From the IMG/VR virus record IMGVR_UViG_3300034059_000003, positions 1 to 64,000 of that record: a DNA stretch of 64,000 bases. The stretch is one strand, 5' to 3'. The notes under the pieces are model-generated. The model saw only the letters and a list, made by a program, of their open reading frames with translations, was not told the DNA's origin and did not search any database. Below, one piece after another: positions 17,450 through 31,300 of the stretch. The stretch comes from a virus (Duplodnaviria > Caudoviricetes). Every line of letters begins with the position of its first letter. The first letter of the stretch is position 1. Both the position numbers and the translations under genes were made by a program.

Positions 17450-18004
17450 ATGAAAAAGATAAGCACTATCATTATTTTACTTCTAATAATGTCATTTATC
17501 GATATACAGAGTGGATCATCTGCAAGTACATTGAGGTGTTTTTATATAGAGGAAGCACCATCAGTGATAAAAGATAAATTCTCTGATTATTACGATCTGA
17601 TGTCATTAGTAGAAAGCACAGATAATCCTGATGCAATAAATTTCATAGATGCAATGGGGTTGTTTGGATTTATGCCAAATACTCTTTCTTCTCTTGGTTA
17701 TAATATTGATCCAAATTTGTTCAAAATTAACCCTGAGACCTTTCCAGAGAAAGTGCAGAGAGAAGTAATGACCAAATACACTATTCAACATTATAAAGAG
17801 CTTAAATCGCTTATAAATGAGTTTTCCGGAAAGATGATTAATGATACGATAAAAGTAACACCAGCCGGAATGCTTGCTGTTTCTCATCTTAGTGGAATAG
17901 GTGGTCTTAAAAAGCTTCTTCTTGATAATGTTGTGAGGAAAGATACAATAGGTACTACAACCCTTTATTATATGTGGAGATTTCAAAATATAAAAATTAG
18001 ATAG
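17450..18004 (+). CDS. Signal-peptide-bearing lysozyme-like/lytic transglycosylase
   Basis: MKKISTIIILLLIMSF signal/anchor; catalytic-type VESTDNPDAIN..AMGLFGF...TL..LG and TPAGMLAVSHLSG. Confidence 0.7.
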   Translation: MKKISTIIILLLIMSFIDIQSGSSASTLRCFYIEEAPSVIKDKFSDYYDLMSLVESTDNPDAINFIDAMGLFGFMPNTLSSLGYNIDPNLFKINPETFPEKVQREVMTKYTIQHYKELKSLINEFSGKMINDTIKVTPAGMLAVSHLSGIGGLKKLLLDNVVRKDTIGTTTLYYMWRFQNIKIR

Positions 18005-18006
18005 TT

Positions 18007-18330
18007 ATGCAAAAAAGTAGAAAATCCCTTGATAAACAACAGATATCGATGATGTCTGAAGAAGAATTAAAAGAAAGAATCCGTGAAAAAGTAATAAATT
18101 GTATTTTAAATACAGGTGGTTCTGTTAGTGAAAACCTAAAAGATGAAGATCTACAGGATTCAAACAAACTCATGTATGATATAGGACTCGATAGTCTGGA
18201 TTGTGTTGAATTAGTCTGCATTTCTGAGAATGAATTCGAAATAAGTATCTCAGATGATGAATACGAACCAATGAAAGAATGGACTTTGGGACAATATATA
18301 GATTTCATTTACGTTAAGATAAGACAATAA
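18007..18330 (+). CDS. acpP: Acyl carrier protein
   Basis: Acidic ~100 aa with phosphopantetheine site DIGLDSLDCVELV (Ser at 18193-95) and EFEISISDD..E...TLGQ.IDFI. Confidence 0.85.
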   Translation: MQKSRKSLDKQQISMMSEEELKERIREKVINCILNTGGSVSENLKDEDLQDSNKLMYDIGLDSLDCVELVCISENEFEISISDDEYEPMKEWTLGQYIDFIYVKIRQ

Positions 18331-18334
18331 TTAA

Positions 18335-18997
18335 ATGGAAAAGAAAGTAACACCAATATTATTCAGTCCTATGATGGTAAAATCATATCATCGTGGAATA
18401 AAATCAATGACACGTAGTGCCGTAAAAGGAATCGCTCTTGATTACTTGGATGCAGGTTTTATTACGGAGTTTGTTGCTTCAAGAAAAAATCATCTATGTC
18501 CTTATGGTTATCCTGGTGATATTCTTTGGATAAAAGAGTTTTATTTTGCTTATGGAAGTTGGATAGAAGATGGTAAAACAAAAACTGGAAAACCAAAATG
18601 GAATTTCCTTGATATAACTCCTGATGGTGGGTATAAATATGCTGAAATTGTTCCTGAAGATTTAATAGAAGGAAATGAAAAAGGAAAGATCGGATGGTTC
18701 AAAAGGAACTCATTGTTCATGCCACAAAAAGCCAGTAGAACAAATCTCTTAGTAATCGATACCAAAATAGAACGCATTCAAGATATAACAACAAAGGATG
18801 CAATTGCTGAAGGTGTTGAATCTCTTAACGGAAAATATCGTGATTACTTATCAAAAGAAGATAACGTAATATATAAATACCCTTTCATTAATCCTATCAA
18901 CTCTTTCAAATCGTTATTCATTTTTATTAATGGAGAAAAAGCCTGGGAAAAGAATGAATGGGTTTGGGCAATATCATTTACAAATTATAAAGAATGA
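18335..18997 (+). CDS. ASCH/PUA-like phage protein
   Basis: PILFS..MV...G.KSMTR, CPYG.PGDILWIKE, S.FMP..ASR..L....ERIQDIT..DA.AEGV, N.WVW.I.F. Confidence 0.65.
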   Translation: MEKKVTPILFSPMMVKSYHRGIKSMTRSAVKGIALDYLDAGFITEFVASRKNHLCPYGYPGDILWIKEFYFAYGSWIEDGKTKTGKPKWNFLDITPDGGYKYAEIVPEDLIEGNEKGKIGWFKRNSLFMPQKASRTNLLVIDTKIERIQDITTKDAIAEGVESLNGKYRDYLSKEDNVIYKYPFINPINSFKSLFIFINGEKAWEKNEWVWAISFTNYKE

Positions 18998-19383
18998 CAG
19001 AGTTATCAAAAGATATGAAGTTGCTCGGATTGGTAATGCCAGAAGGAGATTTTTTCTGTAGTTATTTCGAAACACTTCCGGAATACTTTACTCAATGCCT
19101 TGACATGAGAGATTTCTATCGCCTCAAAAAAGGTAAAAGAGTAGAGAATCCTGACAATCTTGAATTCAACATCGGGTTCGAATATCTTATAAGGGATCCA
19201 TATGCAAAGAAATATTTCTATCGTATAATGCATGAAGAAACAAATATCAAACAGATCCATGTATATTTTAAAGACAAGAATATTTTTGTGTTGAAAGATA
19301 AATATAGGGCTAACACACCTGCCAGCCCTACCAAGGAAACGAATACTGATGAAGAAGATGATAAAACGGAGTTAATATTTTAA
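18994..19383 (+). CDS. Hypothetical protein, last gene of the + strand arm
   Basis: 129 aa; converges on the giant ORF with an 11-nt gap. Confidence 0.6.
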   Translation: MTELSKDMKLLGLVMPEGDFFCSYFETLPEYFTQCLDMRDFYRLKKGKRVENPDNLEFNIGFEYLIRDPYAKKYFYRIMHEETNIKQIHVYFKDKNIFVLKDKYRANTPASPTKETNTDEEDDKTELIF

Positions 19384-19394
19384 CTCCGTTTTTT

Positions 19395-22300
19395 TTACTT
19401 CCACTGGTTTTCCCACTTATCAACCCACCATTGTTCTGTAATGGCTCCTCCTTTCATTTTACTTGCAAAATCATGAAATGATGATAGATAAGGTATTGAC
19501 CTCATTACTTCATTCCATCCTTTCAATTCACCGTCTTGTGTGAAAGAGTTTTCCGGATCACTACCAATAAGAAGATTCCCTGTAGCAACCATCATATTTG
19601 TTAAACCCTGAGTTGATTTATACATTCTTGCCAAAGCAACTGGTTGTGTTGATGTCTGAGCAATCTGTAACATATCAAGAGGGTTATATTGTTGTGACAA
19701 GTTCATTACAAGATAATTGAACCACCACTTTTTAAATGTATCATCATCATCTTCGTCTCCGAACATCGCAAGATATAACCCATAGAATAATCCAAATGAG
19801 TTAATGGTTATCATTGCATCGATAAGATTCTGTTTTTGTTCGGTTGTCAATGCACTCCATTTATATTCTTTTCCAGACATATTAATAAAACTCAAGACAA
19901 AGTTTATTAATGTTCTCCACCGGCCTTCATTGGATCTTCTTAACCATTCATATACTTCTATCTTTTCACCAGTATTAGGGTCTATTCTTGTTTCATCCAT
20001 CTTTTTATAGGTACCAAGATCTACCTCTTCTCTTTTGCTTCCAAGAGCATTCATTAAAAGGCGGAGGAAATACTTCTTAAACTGGATCATTGCCTTACCC
20101 ATGACAAATATTTCAAGATTGGCTGCCTCTTCCTTCCGGTATCCACCCTGCATTCTCTCATGCACCTTCTTGAGTTTAGCAATCTCATGTGTTGTTAGTT
20201 CAGTTATATTTGAATAAACAGCAACATTTCCCTTTCCGGTCTTTTCCTGACCACGAATTCCACCAACCCATTTAACATCATATATACCTGTTGATTCATC
20301 CTTTACAACATCATATGAATCCCATAATGACTTACCAGTCTTTGGATTCTTTAAATGATGTAACTGAGCAACCATAGTTGTAAGAGAAACATATTCTTCT
20401 GCCTTACTGTGGAAGAAATACATTGATGATTTACTTACTGAAAGATTTCGTGTTGACAATAAAAATCTTCTATTTGTTGCATAATCATAATTATCAGGTA
20501 GATAATTAAGTTTCTTTGAAAGCAACCACATCTTATTTTTATTGAGATCTCCAAACATTGCATCCTTTGTAAAATCACCAAAGTAAATTTTATCAGCAAA
20601 TGTATTATCAGATAATGTAAAGTCTATCGCATCTCCATCAATGTGAGCAAATTTACTTGCAATAGTTCCTTTCAAGGCATCACGATACGTTAATAATTTA
20701 GCTTGGAGTCCATTACCACCACCCTGAAACGGTTTCAACCACATAACTGTAGCACTTGTCCAATTTATAAGTTGTTCTACTATCTTATCAAGATCAACAT
20801 TAAATGTCTTCTTCTCTCCGGTAAATGGATCAGCAATACGACCAATAGTTATTGGTAATCTTGTATATTTCTTTCTGACAACATGGTTTTGTATGTCTCC
20901 TATCAATTTCTTCTCAAGGAAACCTACAGTATTCTCAAACATCGGTTGACCATTACCATGTTTTTTCATCTGTAGAAATATCTTAAGAGCTTGACCAATA
21001 TGAAATACCGGTTCCATATATTGTTTATGTAATGAACTTTTATTAAAAGCATCAAACATAAAAGCAAGATTATGAGTATAATTCTTACTGTTATTGATAA
21101 CAAAATTATCAAGGTATTTTATCGGAATACTCATTCGAACATCATTATAAGCCTCAAATGTATCTTCAACATACCATGTCAAACCTCTCATAGCACGTTC
21201 TTTTATATTCTTTATGGAGAAACGGCCTACAATATTGGCACCAAAAATGTCACCTCTACCTACCTGTTTATTCAATATGCGGGCCCCTTCTTCATAGTTC
21301 ACTTCCTCAAGCGTCTTCATAACCTTTGGAAACCAACCATCATAGTACACCATCTTATCATTGGCTGTCCTGTCAAGATTGAATAAATCTAACCAGGTTA
21401 ATTCTTTACCTTCAATCTTTGTTGCAATCTGATTGAAGAAAGCATTTGGACCAATAAACCATGATGCAAATTTCTGATTTAACCATGTAAGAAGTTTCTT
21501 TTGTTCTTCTGTCAAAGTATTCCATTGTGGATCTGTTGGAATAACAAGTCTCTCTCTGATATATCCAGTCTTTTCTTCTTCTATGAAAGCAAAATGATAT
21601 AGTTCGGCATAATTTATATTTGCTACTCTATCAACACCTCCTCTACGAATCCTGATTTTGCCCTTCATATATTTATCGAGGATAGGTTCGATGTATTTAT
21701 TCACCAATGAAAGATCATCTTCATGTTTCATGGTGTATTTATTCCATTCACCATTTCTAACCTTAACCCAGGTTTGGAATACACCCATATTTACATCACT
21801 GTAGTTGCCCAACCATTCTGTTACAATACCTATATCTTCATTGGGAGATACATCAAGTTGCATACTTGGATCTGCCCTCATAATAGCAATTTCTTCATAT
21901 AATTGAGCAAGACGTTTTCTTGTGTCTTCCGGAAGTTCTTCTATCCTTATCTGTCTTCTTTCTTTCAGCCGGCCAAGGATCAATCTTATTTCATCAACAC
22001 GTTTACGATATTCTTCTTCAGGACTGAATTTAGAATTAACAAGCGATTCAAATAAACTATCATTGGCTTTATCAGTATATTCTGAGATAGAAAATATCTT
22101 CGGACTTTTCTCAACAATTTTTTGATAAACATTCTCATCAATACCGGCATTCTTAAGTGCTTCTCTATCATTTAAGAATGCTTTTATCATATTAAGATAA
22201 GATGAAACCTCAACAAACCGGTCCATATCTTCTTTCTCTCCAAGGAACTGATTCGGAATCCAGACTGTCATCAAGTCACGAAACTTAATATCGGGATACT

Positions 22301-25300
22301 GAAGTTTAAGAAGAAATGCATATATCATTACCTGAAGTTTTGCTCTCTCTCTTTGGTTGTCTGAGATGTATGTATCTTGTAATCCATACATCATTGGTTC
22401 CATTGTTGTTTTTATTCCAAATGCATTACCAGATTTCCAATCCTTTATACTCCATCTACCATCGGCATGACCAATCAAAGCATCCATTGTACCACCGAAA
22501 CCAAGTAAGTCACTCCAAATTGTTACTTCAGGAAGATAAATAATATCCCTCAAGGCTTCTGGGATGTCTTTACTCAATACATTAACACCGGCATGTTTAA
22601 ATACTTTCCTTAATACTTCCGGATCTTCTATCCAAGAGTAATGTTCTATAGGTGTTTTCCCTTCCCCGCGGGATGCAACATTATTTATTTCTTTAAGGAT
22701 GTCTTCGTCTTTTTCTCCAAGATGAAATAATCTATTTGCTGTGCGTTTAAGGAAAAGGTGAAGAATGTTTCCTTTTATCTGGCCGAGTTTAGAATTAAGT
22801 TCCATACGATCTTTATATTGATCGTAATCTTCCATATTCCCTTGTTCAGTGAGTAATTTATGATCATGTGTCCTGTCACCCCATTTAACATCAGCCAGGT
22901 GTTGTCCAAAAGTAATATTAGGATCTATCTTTTTGTTCGTAAACATAGATATGAATCCACCGGCATAATTTGTTATCCTACGGATCTTCTTTGCCATTCC
23001 CTCAACAATATAGAATTGTCCCTCAGTTCCGTCAGGAAGTTTCTCTACTTTAATCTTCTTAGCATTCTCTTTTATATTATCCGCAAGGTCAAGAATGTTT
23101 TTTCTGGTAGTATCTGAATCATTCCTTATCCCGACTTCTACTTCAACTTCATATCCTAACTTGGTGTCCTTATAATAATTACCTGATTGACTTCTATATA
23201 AAATACCTTCTTTTGTAAATGAAGGAGTATGAGGACTATTCAGAATTATCTGTAGGAGATCATTTGAGAACTCTTTTGCAAGAGAAATGAACTCCATAAT
23301 CTTATCAAGGATTCGTTTTAACAATGATCTTTCTTCCTGGGATCTCTTTAATGAATCAATCATTTTTGCAAACTCATCATTCGATAATATCTCAGCAATA
23401 AACTCAAACTGATTTTTCATACCAAGTAGATTCATCGAAGATATTGAATTGATATCTTGGGGATATCCATTTTCAGAAAGGAATTTATCTACTGTTTTCT
23501 TTGCAAAAGGTTTAACAATAAGTTGCCCGGTTGTCTGATCAACATCAAAATATTCATTAATTAACTTCAATATATCCTTACTAAATGATTCATTTTCTAA
23601 CATTCCTGTTACAGTAATACCATGGATCATCTCATGAAAAAGAATCTTATCAACCTGGTCAATATCAATAGGCCCATTATGAATATAAAGATTAACAAGG
23701 TCAAGAACTATTGATCCATCAACAGAATATTCACCATATCTACCAATACCACTAAGTTCTCCAAATTTTATTGTCATTCCCTGTTTTACAATTCTGTCCT
23801 TTAGTGTTGTTAAAAGATTGATTCTCCGTTTACTTTTACTACGAAGTATCATATTATCAATTAAAGTACTGATGGATTCTTCTTCTGAATATAATTTCTG
23901 TACACTTTCAATCTCTTCCGTTATATTATCTTCCTTTATATTCTTGAGGAATTGTTTTGACCCATATATTACTTCTTGATCAGTATCAGAAATATTGTTG
24001 GTTTCAAAATATGACTTGATATTACTTTCATTGGCTTTCAAGAAGAAACTATGTAATGCATTCACATCAACATATATCTGAATACCGTCATACCAAAGTC
24101 TTTCTCTTAAGACCTGAATACCACCAAATTCTTCATTATTTATTTTGCTCTTAAACTCCCGGGCCTCATTTGTGCTATGCTTTCCATAAAGAATACGACC
24201 ACGACCTTTATTGTCATTTCTGAATGGTGTACCATGTTTCAACATCCTTGTCTTGAGATCTATGATAACATGTTCAGTTGCCATAGTAAATTTATCATAG
24301 GAATGTTTTGTAATCGCTTCTTTTACTGGTCTGATAATATAACTGTTATCAAGTTTCTTTATGATCTTACAATATTGTTTATTGACGCGCGTTACATCGT
24401 GGAACTGAGTAAGGCTGACAATATCTCCTTCTTTTAATCCACTGCCATAATATTCAAATTCTTTGGTATTAAAATCAGCAACACGGACGTTATAGATACC
24501 ATTGTTCTTAAAACTTTCATTGATATCAAATCCGTTTTCAAGAACCTCATCAGATGTATTATAGAATTTTATTGTAGAACTACGATCAACAACCTGGTAG
24601 TAAACGATAGGATCTATTGCATTATTAAGACGGAGATAAATTCTTTTCACTCCGGCATAACTACTAACAATAAATCGTGGCATTTCTTTTTGGTCCGGAT
24701 TTGAATAACTTCTATCATAGAAATACTCATTTGTCTTGCCACCATAGAAAGGAAGTGTTTGGCCGTATTCATTTACAAAAGATCCCTTTTTGATTGGTTT
24801 TCCCAACGTTCTGAATATATCAGGAATCATCTCTGAGTTATTTAATACCAATTGGACCATGAAGTCGTCCTGGATCTTACTCCAATTCTCTTCATACTTA
24901 TCCCCGGTGAATTTATCCATCAGTTTATTCAGGAGATTATCAACACTATAGTATAGGTTCTCTGGTAGGATAGTACTATAATTCATTATCCCAAACTTAA
25001 GGCCCCAATTCATTATACCATAACTGACAAACTCACGTTGTAAGTCAGAATAATCAGAGTTACTCTTTGGTTCAGTATTCTTTTTGACAGTATATTTCCC
25101 TGTCTTTTTATTCCAGGATACTTCATACTTATTTAGTTCAAAGAATCCGTTTCGTGCATCAAGGATATCCATCTGATCCATGTTGGATCCACCCTCAAAT
25201 GTTAATTCATATGTCTTGGTGACAGAATTATAAGATTGACCTAATCTCTCAATAAAAGTATTTGAAATAGGATCTCCATCTTCTGTTCTTTCCTTGTTTA

Positions 25301-28300
25301 TATAATTCTTCAGTGCTGTTATCTTACCAATGAAAATCTGATTAACAGCCTTTGGCCCGGTTAAAATTCGTTTCTCATCACCAACAGTATATTCAAATGA
25401 AACATCTTTTTCAATTTTGTATTCCCCTGAGAATATTTCATTTGACATAAGATAGTTGATCAACTCATCTCTTATGACAGATTTTCCTTCTACCTCGTTC
25501 AGCCCAAACTTACCGAGTTGTCTATAAGCCTGGTTGACTATATCTTCAAACTCAGGATAATATTTCTTTATTGAAGAAGTAAGAAGTTCATCAAATTGTC
25601 TTACTCCTTTATAAATTTGAAGTATATGTTTCGACTTTAAAAAGAATTCACTAATATCAAATGGAAATGATGAAACACCAAATGCAGGCAATGTACCATC
25701 TTCTTCTATAACTCCGAAAAGTTCAGTTGCTACATTCTTTATTTTATCGATATCATTTTTTGTTACAGGTAATGTTCGTGCAATCTTTAACCACTGAGCT
25801 AATTTGCCAATTGAATTACCAACATTAGTCATATTCTGGAATGTCTCAATGATATGCATCTGAAACATTAAAGCTTTGGCTGCCTTGTTATTTTTCTTTC
25901 CATCTTCAGAGATGGCATTATCATAGTCATCAATACTATTACCACTACGGATCCCGGTAGATATATTTTGAGGATTTATCTCTGACTCCACTGCTTCATA
26001 TCCGGAAAGTTTTTCTACGATCTGTTTCTTAATCATGTCAAAACTTCTTCCGTTTGCATAATCAAGTATCGCCGGCTGTTGTAAAATATCAACGGTATCA
26101 GTAAGATTTATTCCCAGTGTTCTCAAAGATATAAATGCATGAATTGTCCTCATGTTTATATTGAGAGTAGGTAATGCCAACATTTTTATATTGTCTATCG
26201 CGGCATTAATGAAACCGTCAATAGAAACAAACAAACTCTGGCCGGTATTATCGAACAATGTAAGTTCATCGTATATCCTTAATTCTCCTTTTGAATCCCT
26301 TATTCTGACAATATTATTCTCATCTCTAAGTTTTGGATTTGATTGATTCTCTCCGGTACGCATCATATAAGCAAGGGTCTTTGCGGCATTACCAAAAACG
26401 CCGGTCGCTACAGCTGCGCCAAAGATTGTACTATGAGTATCTATCTGATCATTATAATTTGAGAGATCAAGTTTATTTTCTCTTGGTCTGTAATTCGGAT
26501 TTAATACACGAGTCTTCTGATCCATTATCTCCTTAAGAGGTATTGGAGAAAGCATACTTTCTATATTCTCCTGGTTACTGACAAGATCAAGTAACTCATG
26601 AATAACGGCATTCTTTCTGAAACCAATTTCTTCATAGATATCTTCAAAGTCTTTCGTGTTACGAATGAAAGTCATCCGGCCTTTCTTCTCTTTATATCCA
26701 ATGTATTCACCTCGTTTGTTCTTTGCTCTCTTGATAATGAATAAAGAGTCAACGTCAAAGTCAGATCCATGAAGTCCAACCAGTAAGTCCGGTGCAATAA
26801 TCACATTGATGTTTGGTGTCTTATAGAATCCAACAACTTTTATTGCTACTGCACTATGTATATCAGATGAAGGAATACGGAATCCCAGGAGATCTGGAAG
26901 ATCAAAATAATCCTCTGCATTTTTGCCTTCGGCCAATGCCTGTTTTATAGAGTCTTCATATTCCTTTGGGAGAAGTCCTTCCGGGATTATACACTCTGCA
27001 ACCATCCTACCGGTATCTGTCCTGATATATTTCAGTTTATTCTTTGGTCCGTCACTTACCGGTAATCCATATTTCCTTACTCCAAACTCACTTTGGAGAA
27101 CAAGTTTGGATCCAGGGAAATCAAACTCTACAATACTATCCTTTAAATGACTTGATAAAGCAATGATTACTTTGTCAACGATAGACGGAAAGTTTATACT
27201 TATCTCTGATGACAAGATATCATGTGTATTCTCATTACCTTTTCCTCTCAATAACGATGTGATATTTGTCTTTATCGACCTTTCATCATTGAATTTGGAG
27301 AAGAACAACTCATTACCAAGTCTTGATAATTCACTCAAATGATAATAGATCCTATCAGCTCTCTTTGTATTCTGTGATAAAACACTTGCAAGATATATTA
27401 ACTGTGATGGTTGACTTGTCTTGCCTGATATCTTTGACTTTGGATCCATCTGGATTCTGTACTGATCATTATTGATATCAAATAACATTGAAGGATCAGC
27501 GGCATAATTCTCTGATAATACACTTTCGAATGGAGCTGCAGACTCAGGAATACCAATTTTTATTGCTGATCTGAATACGGCTTCATCGGCATTATTTCTA
27601 CGCATATTTGCCAGAAGTATACCAAGAGAAGGAAACTCCTCAATAAGTTCATCAGATAAAACAATAGATGAATATTTTATTCCTCTCGCTACCCCTTCTT
27701 CTGATACAGAATAAACTACGGGCTTTAATATCTTATGTAAAGAAAATTCTGTAGCAAAACCTCCGTTACGAAGTTCTTCAAATCTTTCAGGAGTCATAAA
27801 TCCCTGTCCATCCCAAATGTTTATATTCTCCTTGAATTTCTCCATTAGGATAGGTAATTTGGCCTTTTCTTCATCTGTTTTGAGTACAGCATCAAGTCTG
27901 GCTTCGATATCCTTAAATCCTTTTATTTGGTCTTCTATGACAAGGAACCTCGCTTTTTCTTTCATACCAAAGGTTTTGTTTACTAAACCCTTTGACCCGG
28001 GGGCAGTGGCTAAAGAGAAACGACGCATGACATCTTCCTCATTAACGAACTGATTGTTTTCGCCAAGTATAATCTGATTTAAGAAAAATGAATTGACATA
28101 GTTATTTGCAATAAAAGAGTGTGTCAATGGTAATATCTGTTCCATGGTCCAGTTATATGAACCATCAGGTTTCATCGACCTGGACTCACTTCTTCCATAA
28201 TGTTTAGAATTTCTGAATGAATCAAGATCAACTTTGTCAGGAGAGACAATCTTTTCGAGATTCTTATTTGAGAAAATCTCTTTGTCAAGAGGAACCCTGT

Positions 28301-31300
28301 TCCGGATAACACGTTCTGCAAGTTTCTTTGCCTCTTCAGATAATAATGATTCTACAACTTGAGAATATTTGTCAATCTCCGTTTCACTTAAAGGTTTCGC
28401 TACAATATCACGACCTTTAAGAGCTTTCTCAAGTAATCTGAAATTGATAAATCTCCCGGTATTATTCTGTTTTATACCCGATAAGACAGGTTCGGAATTA
28501 AATTGTCTTATTGCCTCTGATATTGCTACTCTTATTTCAGCATGAGTAAGAACGTTTACCTCAGCACCAAAGACATTTTCTCTCTCATTTGGATATACAA
28601 ACTGGAAGTATCTTTCATGACCTGACTTTGAATAACGAATGCGGTCAAGGAATCCGGCAACAAATCCTCTCAAGATAAAGTCACCTTCATTTTCTTTAGA
28701 TTGTTTTATTCCTGTTATCTTCCCGGTATAATCCTTAAATTTTATACCATCAGAATCAACAATATCATGTATTTTATTCTTCCCGGAAAGGAAAATGTTT
28801 TTCTTAAAGTATTCTGTTGTCAAATATTGTGGAAGACTCAGGGTTAAATTACCGGTCTTAAGAATCTTATTGTTCGCAATATTGAATAGAATATTATTTG
28901 CCCATGATGTAGGACTCCAAATATATTTTCTTTTGCCCTTAACATCTCTCACGCTGGTTGCTCTTACATATGCACTACTGACACTCATTAATTTTGATAA
29001 ATTACCTGACATCTTTCCTTCTTCATCAAGTAATAAACCAATAGTCATTGGGACTTTCATCACTTCTCCAGTATCTTCATCCGTAATTTCCTCAACCTCT
29101 CCTATCCTATATATTGCACCACTACCCGGCCTTGTAAAGAATCCTTCTACGTCATAATATATTTGCTGGACATTTGTATTTGGAATACTATTGGCAATAG
29201 ATCCCATACCCATCTCCTTAAGGAATACCTTTATGAACTCATAAGGATTAGATTTATACTTCTCGATATTTGGCCTTAACCAATCTTTCACAAACTTCTC
29301 AAGAGACCTCTTATCAGGAAAATAATTTCTGATGTTCTCATTCAATAATGATCCGATACTTTTATGTGGTCCAATATATGATCCGGGTATATATCCAACA
29401 GCATATGTACCACCAGAGGTATGCGTTTTTTCAATGATATAGAGATTTTTCTGTTTCTGATTATTGAATAGATTGACAAGACTCTTGTAACTATCTATTG
29501 CCTGGAATTTTTTAAAATGTCCAATAATCTCTTCTTCAGAAACATTATTTGTTTTTGCAATCCTTATTATAAACTCACGGGTTGATTCATTGGATCTCCT
29601 TTTATCAACAGTGGCACCATTTTGCATGGCCCCGGCCTCACCATAAACATTGACAAGTTCTTCATCCGATATTACAAACATATCTTCAGTAACAAACTTC
29701 ATATTATTCCCTAATGTCTCACCTCTTTCTCCGTAAATATTACCAGAGGCGATAGTATGTAGTTCAATGATCTTGTTTAATAAGAATTCTGTTCTGTGAT
29801 GTTTACCAAGGTTCTCCCATGCTTTTCTTAACTGATCTATAAACCTATCGTTTTCCGGCTGAAGTCCTTCGAATAGTTGAAGAGTCCGGACATAAGCCTC
29901 TCTCCAATTCATAAATCTGTTATTGTCAATAGGAATATTACTGAGAAAGTCCTTAACAGCCATACTCTGTTTCTTTACTTCCCAATTGACTTCATCACTT
30001 TCAATAGTATGTTGACTTATTCCACCATCAGTTTCGTCGTCCTCTTCATACTGAACAAGGATTTCTTCTGTTGAAATATCCATATTAACAACAATCTCAT
30101 CTGCCTCATCAAGACTCCAATTTGGATATAAATCTTCTATAATCCTGTCGTAATTTTCAATCGCCTTACCATAATATCTGAGTTCCCTGGCTATATTTAA
30201 AATCTCTCCTTCAGCAAGATCCTGTTGTACAATCATATTATCAAAATTGTCTTTGATAATCAAATGATCGTTTTTTAAATTCCCAATGGTAATATCTTTA
30301 ACTTCTCTTCTTGTTATAGGATAACCGGCAAATCCTTTTTCATATACATCATAAAATTCCTGTTGTATTATTGCCCGGGCATTTCGATATGTCTCAAGAG
30401 CCCCTTGAAAATCGTCGTTGTCATTTCCATATAGATTTATGATATTCTTCATGGACCTTGTTATCCCTGCAGAATTTTCTTTTGTCGTAATAAAATATCC
30501 ACTTTCGATAGTCTCAAAGAAACGATCAAAGTTCTTAAGATTGAGATTTATGAATCCAAAGGTTGATGCAAGCCAGTTGAAGAATCTTTTAAGCACCTCG
30601 TTTATTCTTGATAGTTTTTTGGATTGATAATCCTGAAACTTAATAGCAAGTTGTTCTTCAATTTCAATAATGCCTTTGTCTTTATATTCCGGGAATTGTT
30701 TTTTAAATGATTTAACAATAAGATCTTGTTCGTTTTTCGTTATATACTCATTGAATATCTTATGGAAAGCTTCATGTCTAATTATCTTCTCGAATGTACT
30801 ACCATTCTTTTCCATTGCCCAGATTACTTCATCATGGAATACTCCATAAGCATTATCACCGGCAATTTCATCAATAACTATTTTTTCAGCAAAATGAATA
30901 ACATCTTTTCCTTGAGTAGTTATAGATGGGATAAACTTAGCAAGTAATGATCTGGCTTCAGAAAGAGTTAATTCTTTACCAAGATCCATTCCGGGAGTTG
31001 CACGCATCAAACGTTTCTTCCTGTTCTTAATCTTTTCCTGGATCTTATCATAGGTATTTTCAAAACCTTTCTTTATTGAATCTTTCTTCGCATCTTCCTT
31101 TGAAATTGGTTCATCAAGTTTGATCTGGATCCTGGTTCGGATTATATCTTCAAGTTTTGTTCCAAGGATATCTTCAAGTTGTTCAAGATTGGAATTAATA
31201 TTTTTCCCGAGTTCATTTACACCATAGATACCACTCATTTTAAGAGGTAGAGTAAGAGTCTTGTGTACTCCGGCGTTATCAAAAGACAACAGATTGTTAA

